From positions 10,790,001-10,854,000 of the forward strand of contig CM075989.1 of assembly GCA_038087875.1 (NCBI GenBank): a stretch of DNA of 64,000 bases. The letters are read 5' to 3'. The notes below the pieces were generated by a model. That model ran no database searches. It was not told where the DNA came from and saw only the letters and a list, made by a program, of their open reading frames with translations. The translations under genes were made by a program, and so were the position numbers. Positions 1-11,829 of the stretch are shown in pieces. Each line of letters opens with the position of its first letter. The first letter of the stretch is position 1. Source of the stretch: Malacoraja senta. Lineage: Eukaryota.

Positions 1-120
1 CTCTCAGGTAACTGTCAATGGGAAGGTGTGGAGACGTTCCAGCAACTGAAATCCAGAAACAGATTTGCAATTATGCTACATGATGAAATACCCCAAGGAA
101 TTTCCCAGAAAGCACAAGAA

Positions 121-430
121 TCGGTGCCAGAGACCCGGGTTCAATCCTGGCTACGGGTGCTGTCTGTACAGATATTGTGCTTACTGCCCGTGACTGCGTG
201 GGTTTCCTCCAGGTGCTCTGGTTTCCTCCCACGCTCCAAAGACGTACAGGTTTGTAGTTTAATTGGCTTCAAGAAAATGTGTAAATTGTCCCAAATGTGG
301 TAGTATAGTGGTAGTGTACGGAGATCGCTGGTCGGCACGAACTCGGTGGGCCGAAGGGCCTGTTTTGACACTGAAACTAAACCAAATAGGCTCTCTAAAC
401 TAAAATAAACAAAACTAAACCAAACTAAAT
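121..430 (+). mobile_element. HE1-type V-SINE (tRNA-derived), slightly 5'-truncated
   Basis: B-box GGTTCAATCC, V-domain (CTCTGGTTTCCTCCCACGCTCCAAAGAC), CR1-like tail GGGCCGAAGGGCCTGTTT, (TAAAC)n end. Confidence 0.85.
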
Positions 431-1269
431 CTGTACATGCTGGAAAAAGAACATAGACCATAGAATGGTACAAAACCAGAACAGGACCTTCGGTCCACAA
501 TTGCTGTGCCAAACATGCGCATAATCCATATCCTGCCATTCCCTGCATGCAAAGGGAATAATCCATATCTGCGCATAAGGTGCTCCTGTTTCCTGTGACA
601 TCCCAAAGACGCTTGCGTTGATTTCAAATTTCTCCAAGTGTGTGGGTGAATGGTAGAATCTGAAGGATGTAGATGGGAATGTGGGGAGAATGAAACAGGA
701 TTGGTCTGGGATTTGTGTAACTTGATGGCCAGCATAGACTCAGTGGGCTGAAGGCCTGTGTCCTAGTTCTATGGTTCTCTGACTCCTACGTTTTATAAAT
801 TCATCAAGAGTAATGTTTGCTCCTGAGACATCCCTGTGTCCCAGTGACTAGCATCTGTGTGAATCAGCTGGCAGCCTGTGCCACTGGAAGACAATCTTGC
901 TTGTCCAAACACATAATGTCGATACGTTGCCTGCCTGCCTGCCCTTTCCAGCATCATCAGCCTCATGACAGACTGTTCATTAGATGGACCAACGGCAGTG
1001 ACCTCTTTTCCTTTGATCACCTTCCACTCTGGCACTGAGCATCTCACCAAAGCCTTGCCTCTCCTCATCGTTGCATCGAATATCCCGACATTACTCCTGA
1101 TTAGCACGTTCTATTCCCACACATTCCAACAGTGCTGACAGCTTGGGGAGTCAGCAGGGAATTAAAGTCCCAGCAGTTTGTTCAGGGACACCAACTAAAA
1201 CCACACATGACAGCTGATGGAGGATGGTGCTCACCTGGTGTATTTAAGCTTCAGGCCCATTGTATCCAG

Positions 1270-1447
1270 GCAACAGTTGAGGCAGATACAATACCAAGGT
1301 TTCAAAGACATTTGGACAGATATGTAATCAGGAAAAATTTAGAGAGAGATCTATCAAAGTCGGGCAAATGGGACTTGCTTAGAATGGGCATCTTGACCGC
1401 CATGGACAAGTTGGGCTGAAGGGCCTTTTTCCATCTTGTATGACGCT
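1270..1447 (+). mobile_element. CR1/HER1 LINE 3' fragment
   Basis: Encodes VEADTIPRFQRHLDRY; ends GGGCTGAAGGGCC 3' UTR. Confidence 0.75.
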
Positions 1448-1464
1448 ATGAGCCACTTCTTAGT

Positions 1465-1932
1465 TTGTTTGAGAAGAGGTCCACTATCATATTCAGCATG
1501 AGTAGCCTACAACCCAACAGTATGAACATTAAATTCATACCCTTACCCACACCCCCTCCTCTTTCCCCTGAACCTCCCACAGGAGTGCACATACATTTCT
1601 CCCACTATCTCACACCACTCCCAGTCTCTCTGCTCCTTTCCCCTCCCTTCCCTTTTATCCCTCCTTTCACCCCCCTCCCCACCACCATGTCGTTTCCATC
1701 CATATCCTCCTGCTTTACATTTCACTCATCCTCTTCCCTCCTTATCTGATACCCTATTGTCTCTTTTTCATCTCTCGCCTTTGTCCACTCATCTGACAAT
1801 CAGCCACCTCTCTCCTGTATCCATGTGTCACTCGCTGGGCTTTGCTCTATTCCCAGCTCTCTTTTCCGGCTTTCTCCCCCTATGACGCCCGTTTAAAGAA
1901 GGGTCCTAACCTGAAATGCTGCCCATCTATTC
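1465..1932 (+). mobile_element. Degenerate Penelope-like element 3' part
   Basis: IIFSMSSLQPNSMNIKF matches the GIY-YIG C-terminus at 14368; pyrimidine-rich UTR; AAGAAGGGTCCTAACCTGAAA terminal motif. Confidence 0.7.
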
Positions 1933-2326
1933 CCTGGTTTGTAGGTTAATTGGCCTCTATGTAATGTGTACAGAGTGGATGAGAAGGTGGGATATAGTGC
2001 AACTGGGATGATCAGGTGATTAGACTCGGTGGGCTGAAGGACCTGGTTCCGTGCTGTATCTCTAAAGTAAACTGAGATGTACAGCACAGAAATGTGTATT
2101 CTGGCCCACCATGTCCATGTCATGTTTTATGCCCATCTACACTCACTCACGCAAACGCTAGGTGGGGAGGAGATAATCATGAGAGCTGCCCTCCTGGACT
2201 GATGTGAACGTTTCCATGGTGTTATCTAAAAGTCCCCCAGCTGATATTTATTCCTCAATCAAAATCATAAATACAGTCCCTCTGATCACTATCACAGGTC
2301 AGTTACAGGGATAAGCTTTGCTCGAA

Positions 2327-2750
2327 AAAGGAAAGTGCTGGAGTAATTCAATGGGTCAGGCAGCATCTCTGGAGAACATGGATAGATGATGTTTCGGGAT
2401 GGGACCCTTCTTCATGGGGGTGGGGGGGGGGAGAATGAGAGCTGAGAGAGACAGGTCAAAGTGTGGCAGGTAACAGGTGAGCAGGTGACGGGGATGTTGG
2501 CAGGCAGATAGTTGGAACAAAGGACAGAGATTAAACCATGGGGATTGAAGAGTTACGAATTATGAAGCTGGAGGAAGGAATGTGGGTGGAGGGGGGGGAG
2601 AGATAGGTGTAAGTCCACATGGGACACAGGGGAGGGGGTAGGGGGCAAGAAAGGGGAGTGCGAGGAGAAAGGGGAGGGGGGAGCGTGTTGTAGGGGTTGC
2701 TTAAAATTGGGAATTTCAATGTTCGTTGCATTGGGCTGTAAGCTTTGCTC
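2327..2750 (-). mobile_element. Degenerate Penelope-like element 3' part
   Basis: GCTGGAGTAATTCAATGGGTCAGGCAGCATC terminal repeat; reverse strand encodes LQPNATNIEIPNFK. Confidence 0.7.
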
Positions 2751-3059
2751 GGTTTGACTCTCCCTTCTTCTATTGGAACAATGGCTACACTTTGTGTGCT
2801 TCGTTTGCTGTGAAGTGCTGTGGAGGATAGCGAGGTTGTGATAGGCGCTATAAAAATGCAAGCTTATCATTCTCTGTGCCTATGGCGTTGTTGACTATTA
2901 CAGCGCTGTTGAAAGCCCATTCAAGATTAATGAGCGTTGAAATGATGCCAGGGCATTCATGAACACCCCTCAGATTAGCCCAGCTGTTCTAATGCACTGG
3001 TCATCATAGCCAGCAACTACTGTGGAAATAATTCTGACAGCACTGATTTATTTTTCCAG

Positions 3060-3310
3060 CTTCAGCTGTGGCTTGGTTGGTCGTAATCTCATTTCTCAGC
3101 CGCAGGACATAGGTTTCAGGCTTCATTCCAACGCATTGGGCACAAAGGTCTTGAAAGACACTCTCGTGCCAGTCACGGGGGAGAGCAACGCTGTTGATGA
3201 GATTCTGGCCCTCAGGTGAATGTAGAAGATTGCAACGCATTATTTTACAGAAGAGCGGGGAAGTATTCCGTGTGCCCAGACTGATAACTAACATCACTAA
3301 TAACTTTGTG
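3060..3310 (+). mobile_element. Old Deu-domain SINE (SacSINE1-like), degenerate
   Basis: tRNA-like head AGCTGTGGCTTGGTTGGT followed by degenerate Deu-like body (GAAGAGCGGGGAAGTATTCCG...AACATCACTAA). Confidence 0.5.
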
Positions 3311-3720
3311 ATGTGACTTTGTTAGCCCTCAGAGCTTATCATTTTCCAGTCAGGTGCTACACTTCCTACTCTGAAGTCTCGAGTAGTATTACAGAACAGG
3401 CACTGGCCCTTCGGCCCAGCATGTCCATGCCGAGCAGATAGTACTTATCTATACTGTAATTGCATTTACCGGCACTTGGTCTGCAGGCTTCTATGTCTCG
3501 GTGATTCGTGCTACTCTACACACTCCTTAAATGGGTTTGAGAATCTCTACCTCCATAACCCCTCAGGCAGCGCATTCCAGACTCCAGCCACCCACTGGGT
3601 GAAAAAAGATCTTCCTCAGATCACCCATAAACCTCCCATCTCTTACTCTAAACCTTTGCCCTCTTCCTGCAAGCACACTTCAAAAATACTCCATGGACTG
3701 AACCTCCATTGACCCCATTG

Positions 3721-4024
3721 GGGCGGCATGGTGGCACAATAGTAGAGTTGCTGCCTTACACGTCAAAGACCCGGGTTCAATCCTGGCAACAGGTGCTGTC
3801 TGTACAGAGTTTGCATGTTCTCCGAGTGAATGCTTGGGTTTTCTCCAGGTACACCGGTTTCCTCCCACACTCCAGACATGCGGGTTTGTAGGTTAAATGG
3901 CTTCGATAAAAATAGTCAATTGTCCCAAGTGTGTAGGATAGTGTTAGCGTATGGTGTGATTGCTGGTCGGCGCGGACTCAGTGGGCCGGAGGGCCTGTTT
4001 TCATGCCATATCTCCAAACTAAAG
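3721..4024 (+). mobile_element. HE1-type V-SINE, full length
   Basis: A-box GGTGGCACAATAG, B-box GGTTCAATCC, V-domain, CR1-like tail. Confidence 0.9.
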
Positions 4025-4784
4025 ACTGGGGAAATCATTGGAAAGACCTGACATTGTGAGACGAGGAGCTGAGCAGACTTGTATGGCAGCTCGTAAGCAA
4101 CACAAATATTGTGCTGATTTTTGTATACCGTGGCAAGACCACCCAGTTCTTGCATCTGTATGAAGCTATAAGAGGAAATAGGAAATCGTTTATGGCAAAG
4201 ATTCATACAGTAGCTCACAGAATCTGCAGGCTATTGAGTCCACATCAACCATCAAGGACCCATTCACACTAATCCTACAGTAATCCCATTCTATTCCCCC
4301 ACATTCCCATCAACTCCCCTCAGTTTTTACCACTCACCTACACACTAAGAGCAATTTACAGTCACCTATTAACCTCAGGCACGATGTTTTTACTCAGAGG
4401 GTAGCCTTTATCTGGAATGAGCTGCCAGATGAAGCAATAGAAGCGGATACAACTGTGACTATTAAGAGTCATGTGGACACATACATGGATTGGAAGGATT
4501 TAGCGAGCTATTGTCCAAATGCAGGCAAACTAGCCCAATATGACAACTTGGTTGACATGAACAAAGAGCTTGTTTCTGTGCTGCACACCTCTATGTCACC
4601 ATTACACTACGAGCCACTGGATTAGGCCTAGGCTGGTTAAGACACTATCAACCAAGCCATCAAGATTCAAAACTGCATCTCTAGCTCTCAATCAATGTTA
4701 AATTATCAATGCTGGGGCATTCTAGCAATGCTCAATGTAGCCAATTGACCTGCAATAGTCCCATGGCCAAGATTTATTATTTTT

Positions 4785-5060
4785 TAGTTTAGTTTAGAGA
4801 TACAGCATGGAAATAGGCCCTTCGGCCCACCGGGTCCGCGCCGACCAGCGATCCCCGCACACTTACACGATCCTACACACACTAGGGCAAATTTACATTT
4901 ATACCAAGCCAATTAACCTACAAACTCTGTACGTCTTTGGCGTGTGGGAGGAAACCGAAGATCTCGGAGGACACCCAAGCAGATCACAAGGAGAATGTAC
5001 AAACGCTGTACAGACAAGCACCCGTAGTCAGGATAGAACCCGGGGCTCTGGTGCTGTAAT
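4785..5060 (-). mobile_element. HE1-type V-SINE
   Basis: (TTTAG)n tail then GGCCCTTCGGCCCACC; reverse complement of the 3721 copy. Confidence 0.9.
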
Positions 5061-5236
5061 CACAGATGCAGGATGTATGAACAAGTCATGACAAGGATTC
5101 AGACATTTATACCCAATGGTATAGTTGATGGGCCTTACTCTAGTGCATTATGAAGCTCAAGCACCAACCCTAGGTCAGCTAATCCCAACAGGGCAGTGTG
5201 TTGGGCTGTGGACGGGCCACACTGGCTATGTGGTTA

Positions 5237-5593
5237 AGGCCCTGTCCCACGATGCGAGTTTACCCAAGAGCTCTCCCGAGTTTTAAAAAAAATTAAACTC
5301 GTGGTATTCTACGAACTCCTCCTCCTGTTCACGAGTATGTTCACGAGCTCCTACGTGTGAAAAGTAACCATTTTTTTCATCACGAGTATTTTTTTACTCG
5401 TGAAGTTTTTTCAACACTGAAAAATGTCCATGAGTAAAAAAAATACTCGTGATGAATTTTTTAAAACTTTTTACTCGTACGAGCTCGTGAACATACTCGT
5501 GGAAAGTCGTAGGAGTTTGTAGAATACCACGAGTTTGATTTTTTTTTAACTTGGGAGAGCTCTTGGGTAAACTCGCTTCGTGGGACAGGGGCT
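5237..5593. mobile_element. PIF/Harbinger-type MITE, long palindrome
   Basis: TIR AGGCCCTGTCCCAC...GTGGGACAGGGGCT; TTA TSD at 5234-5236 and 5594-5596; imperfect inverted arms span most of the element. Confidence 0.85.
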
Positions 5594-6609
5594 TTAGGAG
5601 AGGAGAAGAGGAACACGAGCAGAGCTCCCAGTAACTCCGCAGTGGCTCCTGCCCACAGCTCCGGCCAACTATGGGGCAGAGGGTGGTCTGTTTCACAAAT
5701 TCCAAACCTGGCAAAAACTCTAATACCTTCCTGAGAGGAGGAGGGGAGAAGACCAGTATTAAAAACAAACAATCTCCGTTGCTAAGATTTTCCAATCGGA
5801 TATATCTATCTGCAGTTTATAGAAAACGGACTTAGTCTTGGTGCAAGCACAGCATTCCCTGGCAAAGCAGGCAAATGTTTCGTAGGATGCAGCCATGCCT
5901 ACAGAGTGTTGTGGGCTTCCGATGGCAGTATCAGGAGTTGGCAGAGACATTAATGTGAAAGCACTAACCAGAAGGTATACAATTATGAGAGACCTCATTA
6001 GGGTAGACGGTCAGAACCATTTTCCCAGGGTGAAAATGTCAAAGACTAGAGGGCAGAGGTTTAAGGTCAGAGGCGGGAAGTTTAAAGTGTAAATGTATGG
6101 GGGCAAGTTTTTACGCCAAAAGTGATGGGTGCCTGGAATACACTGCCACCCTTTCTCTATTCTCTGTTTAATTATTTTACTTTCTCTATTTATTTCATCT
6201 GAATTTTTTTCTCCTTTTCCTTCCCCTCTTTCTCTCACTTCATTTATCTTTCTCTCTCTCTATTTGCTTTGCCTCCCCTCGATTACTTCTCGCTTGCTCT
6301 TCCCCAGTTTCTCTCCGGGGTAGAGAATTCTAACCATTCATCATCTACCAAGTGTAGAATCTTCTACTTGCCAACCTGATGTTTAAGGGAGAGTTGAACA
6401 CCTATATAGGTACGGCACAGAAGGGTACAGGCCTAATGCAGCAACTGGAGAGAATGTAGAAGGGGAAGAATGTTGGCAGGAAATTGTGAGGTGAAGGGCC
6501 CGTTTGTGTGTTGTACGTCAATGACTAAATAGTCTATATGGAAGGAACCCACCAATTCCAACTCCAGGAAGGCATATATCTCACTTCCGAGATACAATCA
6601 AGATTCTTA

Positions 6610-7125
6610 ATTGTCTTCAGATTTGGGCCCCATATCTGAGAAAGAACGTGGTGGCGTTGGAGAGGGTCCAGAGGAGGTTTACGAGAATGATCCCAGGAAT
6701 GATTGGGTTAAAACATATGCTGAGCGTTTGATGGCATTGGGCCTGTACTCGCTGGAGCTTGGAAGGATGAGGGGGAACCTCATTGAAATTTACCAAATAG
6801 TTGAAAGGCCTGGATAGAATGGAAGTGGTGAAGATGTTTCCTCAAGTGGGGCAGTCAAGGACCAGGGGCCAGGGCCTCAGAATAAATGGATGCACAGTTA
6901 GAAAGGAGATGAGGAGGAATTTTTTTAGTCAAAGAGGAGTGAATCTGTAAATTCATTGCCACAGAAGGAGGCCGAGTCAATTGGTATTTTCATGGCAGAG
7001 ATTGATAGATTCTTGATTAGTTGGGGAGAAGGCAGGAGAATGGGGTTGAGAGGGAAGGATAAATCAGCCATGATTGAATGGCAGAGTAAACTTGATGGGC
7101 CAAATTCTGCTCCTATACCGTATGA
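6610..7125 (+). mobile_element. CR1/HER1 LINE 3' fragment
   Basis: RT C-terminal remnant YAERLMALGLYSLELGRMRGNLIEIYQIV; 3' UTR GATGGGCCAAATTCTGCTCCTA. Confidence 0.9.
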
Positions 7126-8237
7126 CGTTATGAGATGGCTGAGCAAGCCACTGACTGAAGAGGTTTTTAAGGACAGGCAATAAATGCAGGGCTTCCAGTG
7201 ACACCCACATCTGTGAATGGATATAATGAATGAGCTGCAAATTCAACCCACGTGTTAAGGTGCAGCCATGTCTAACATCACCAACCAGACTATCGAAGAG
7301 CTATTTCAAAAATAAAACATAGCACAACAGTTAACAAAACCCTTTCATATCTTGATAGTAAACGTGCGTGATTACAGCTGATCATATGTTAATCCAATCA
7401 TTCCTGGGATCATTCTCGTAAACCTGTGATTGCAGTTGTCAAGGTCAAACCATTGCTGTAACTGCTTTAAAAAAAATTGAAGAGATAATCCAACAATCTA
7501 CTCCCACTCACTCCTCAAAAGAAACAACCAGCCAAAAGTACAAATGAAATGTATCCCTGGCTTTGAGGTTTACTGCAGGCTGCTTGAAAACCTGAGGCAA
7601 ATGTTTTTTTAAAAATTGTTAATTGCAGTGTAACTAAAAGCCACAAGAACCACTGACTATTCCTCCATAAATGAAAACAGCCCGTTTCCTTTCTTGATCC
7701 TTTGCCAAGGTTACTTACACAAGAAGCTGTTTATTCTGGTTTTAGACTTGGTTCCAGATGAGAGTTAGTTGGCTGGGTGGTTTGTTTAGGACTTGCTCTG
7801 ATAGCATTGCATAAGTCAATGGCATTTATCGCGTTGTTAAAATAAGAAATCTTTTTTTTTAATCCTCCTTTAAAGTCTCGAGAGGCTGTTCAGGGCCTAA
7901 TCCGATCAAGAATGTGGGAGGCATGGTGATTTATGACCGGATTTATAGGATTATAACTTGGTCGATTGTTAAAGAACAGGTGTTGGTGCAAGAACCAGTA
8001 ATCCTTCTAAATTGCTAAACATAGTTATTTCTTTGTCATTTGTTGCCTTTGCAAATAGAGGGTAAACATCACAGGAGTGAGTGTGGAGAGAGGAGAGCTT
8101 TGCTTCAGGAGGTCAAGGACATATCCCTTACACTATGTAAATCATCATCATTGGCCATCTAATGTTTTAAAATCTCACCCTTGTTTTACGGATCTCCCCG
8201 TGGTCTCACACCTCACTGTCATTCTAATCTTAGTACA

Positions 8238-8530
8238 CGACGGTGGTGCAGCTGGGAGAGCTGCTGCCTCACAGCGGCAGAGATCCAGGTTCTATCATGG
8301 CCTCGGGTGCTGTCTTTGTGGAGTTTGCATGTTTTCCCTGTGACCAAATGGATTTCCTCCAGGTACTCGGGTTTCCTCGCACATCTCAAAGATATGCGGG
8401 GTTTGTTGGTTAATTGATCTCTGTAAATTGCCCCTAGTGTGTAGGGAGTGGGTGCAGGTGGGAATAACATAGAATGGTCAGTGTGGACTCAGTGGGCCAA
8501 AGGACCTATTTCCATGCTGTATTTTTCAAC
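8238..8530 (+). mobile_element. HE1-type V-SINE (older subfamily)
   Basis: A/B boxes, V-domain, GTGGGCCAAAGGACCTATTTCC tail. Confidence 0.8.
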
Positions 8531-9914
8531 CAGTCAATCTCCTAAAAGCTCTTGTGATCGCTGTGCTCCTCTAGTTTAGACCTCTTGCTCTCTCCTGTAT
8601 ACCATCGCTAGTTTTGGCAATCATGCCTTTAGCTAATGAGCCCACAAGTTCTGCAATCCTCTCCCTAAACATCTATACCTCTCTCTACTCCTTCAGACCC
8701 ATCTCTAAATCCACCTCTGTGAGCAGACAGTGGCTTATCCATTGGTTAATAAAGTTCAGAAGACTTCATGTGAATACTGGATGGCGTGGACATGGGTAAC
8801 AAGGGCAAGATGAAGCCAACAACTGTACTTGAACCAAAGTGAAACATCTTGGCAAATGAGCAAGGCAACCATTAATCTAAGATGGGGTTCCAACCTTATG
8901 GGCTTGTAGTGAAAGCAACAATAGATGACCACTTGAATGCCCGTATATCCTGCAGATGGTTGCGATGGCATGCACGGACTAGCTCTTTGCTTCCTCAAGG
9001 GCATTTATTTGATCATTGCTAGTCTCCTTTAATGATTTGGCTCCAATTGAGTTTGTTTTCTCTCTCGCTCACTTTTCAATGCAGCTCAGAATTAGATCGA
9101 GGTTCTGGCAAGGAGAGGTGTATCAGAATCTTAGCACTAATGACAAAAGCTCAGCTTAAAAGGCCATTTCCAGGCTGTAATAAAATGTCTTTTGGTCTCA
9201 GTCTTTACTGAGACACATAAGTTCATACTTCCTTCTTCAGGGGCAGGAGTGATTTTGATATCCTTTTTGATAATAATTCATTGGAACACAATGACAAATA
9301 ATGGCAACGGTAGCGTGGCAATTACTTTACTGAACGTCTTCTCGGGGGCTGAATTGATGAACCAGAGGCATGAGTTCAAATCCAATCACAGAACTTAAAT
9401 CCAATTGATAAAATAAAAGCCCAAATAAAGAATGAGGTTGATAAAATGACCAGGCTGTAGCCAAGGGGCAGGTGACTATGGTAGAGGACACCTGCTACCC
9501 TTCCCTAGCCTAGTTAATTTGTGACCACGGATTGTGGCTCAGCAAGGCATTTGGTGGTCTCAAAGCCAGCGAACCCCATAGGAGGGTCTTCGCCACATGG
9601 ACTACGTCAGGTTCAAGAGACCGCAGAGCTCCAGTAGCTCGAAGGTAATAAGGAAATGGCAATACAGAAGGGTCTCGACCCGAAATGTCGCCCATCCTTT
9701 TTCTCCAGAGATGCTGCCTGGCCTGCTGAGTTACTCCAACACTTTGTGTCGATCTTTGGTATAAACCAGCATCTGCAGTTCCTTGTTTCTACCATTTGAC
9801 TAATTTCTCCTTTCTGGTCACCTCATCATTAATGAGCTGTCTTGATCATTACTGAATCTTAAACCACGTCCAATTTCTGCCAATATCCATTCTATTCCTT
9901 CTCTAGATCTGAAA

Positions 9915-11020
9915 CACAGAAACATAGAAAATAGGACAGGAGTAGGCCATTCAGCCTTTTGAGCCAGCATCATTCATTCAATATAATCATGGCTGATCAT
10001 CCAAAATCAGTACCCCGTTCCTGCTTTTCCCCCATATCCCTTGATTCCTTTAACCCTAAGAGCTAAATCTAACTCTCTCTTGAAAACATCCAGTGAATTG
10101 GCCTCCACTGCCATCAGTGGCAGGGAATTCCACAGATTCACAACTCTCTGGGTGAAAACATTCTTCCTCATCTCAGTCCTAAATGGTCTACCCTTATTCT
10201 TAAACTGTGACCCCTGGTTCTGGACTCCCCCAACATCGGGAATATTTTTCCTGCATCTAGCCTGTCCAATCGCTGAAGAATTTTATATGTTTCTGTAAGA
10301 TTCCCGCTCTAAATTCCAGTGAATACAATCCCAGTCGACCCATTCTTTCATCGTATGTCAGTCCCGCCATCTCGGGAATTAAACCTTGTGAACCTACGCT
10401 GCACTCCCTCAATAGCAAGAATGTCCTTCCTCAAATTAGGAGACCAAAACTGCACACAATACTCCAGGTGTGGTTTCACCAGGGCCCTGGACCACTGTAG
10501 TAGGACCTCCTTGCTCCTAAACGCAAATCCTCTCGCAATGAAGGCCAACATGCCATTAGCTTTGGTACACAAAAATGCTGGAGAAACTCAGCGGGTGCAG
10601 CAGCATCTATGGAGCAAAGGAAATAGGCAACGTTTCGGGCCGAAACCCTTCTTCAGACTGATAGGGGGTGGGGAGAAGAAAGGAAAAAAGGAAAAAAGGC
10701 GGAGGAGGAGCCCGAGGGCTGGGGGAGGGGAGGAGACAACCGGATGGCTGATGAAGGGGAGGGGACAGCAAGGGCTAGCAGAATTGGGAGAATTCAATGT
10801 TCAAGCCCCCAGGATGTAGACTGCCCAAGTGGAATATGAGGTGCATTTCCTCCAATTTCTTCACTGGCTGCTGTACCTGCATGCTTACTTTCAGTGGCTG
10901 ATGAACAAGCACACCCAGATCTTGTTGTCCTTCCCCTTTTCCTTATCTGACACCATTCAGATAATAATCTGCCTTCTTGTTCTTGCCACCAAAGTGGATA
11001 ACCTCACATTTATCCACATC
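9915..11020 (-). mobile_element. CR1/HER1 LINE 3' fragment interrupted by a PLE
   Basis: Reverse strand encodes KANGMLAFIARGFAFRSKEVLLQWSRALVKPHLEYCVQFWSPNLRKDILAIEGVQRRFTR (CR1 RT C-terminus); resumes after 10857. Confidence 0.92.
10563..10856 (-). mobile_element. Penelope-like element 3' fragment nested in CR1
   Basis: Begins GGTACACAAAAATGCTGGAGAAACTCAGCGGGTGCAGC; hammerhead-like core at ~10629-10658; GIY-YIG C-terminal coding at ~10780-10856. Confidence 0.85.
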
Positions 11021-11231
11021 TACACCTGGACTTGTGCAGTGGGTCACAGAGAAGCACACAAGGTTTCTGCAGTAACTCAGCAAGTCAGACAGGATCCCTG
11101 GAAAACATGGTTACTCCAGCACGTTGTGTCCATCGTCACCTATCCACGTTCCCTGGGGGTTTTGCCTGACCCGCTGAGTTACTGCAGCACATTGTGTCCT
11201 TCTCTGTATGAACCAGCATAGTCTCCACCTA

Positions 11232-11321
11232 GGTACACAAAAATGCTGGAGAAACTCAGCGGGTGCAGCAGCATCTATGGAGCGAAGGAAATAGGCAACG
11301 TTTCGGGCCGAAACCCTTCTT
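11232..11321 (-). mobile_element. 90-bp PLE terminal mini-insertion
   Basis: 15-bp TSD CATAGTCTCCACCTA at 11217-11231 and 11322-11336. Confidence 0.85.
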
Positions 11322-11829
11322 CATAGTCTCCACCTACTTCCTTTCTTTTTTCCACCCCGACATCAGTCTGAAGAAGGGTCTCGACCTGAAACGTCGCCGA
11401 TTCCTTCTCTCCATTGATGCTGCCTCACCCGCTGAGTTTCTCCAGCATTTTTTTGTCTATCTGCAGTTCCTTGTTTCTTCAGTCAGGTGGAAGTATTCAA
11501 GTGAACCCCATCAAGGTACACCAGTGTGGACACTGTTTACGGTGCATTGGAAAGGTGTTTACAAGCCTAATAAAAAACTGAGAGGCATTTATGAAAGGTT
11601 GCTGTGTCCAATGTGGTCAGAATACCACATAAACAATGTCTTACTGTTCATTAGTGTGAGGAAGCTCGCCAAACATTGACGCAGGCAAGGTTACTTAAAC
11701 TAATGTTCGAAGTGCTCATCTATCCTTGCTTTTACAACAGTTTTTAAAATATGTTTAATCCATTTGAAATCATGATGATAGACAACGCCAGCCATTAGAT
11801 TCAGACATAAAGTACAGTATTAAGTGACC

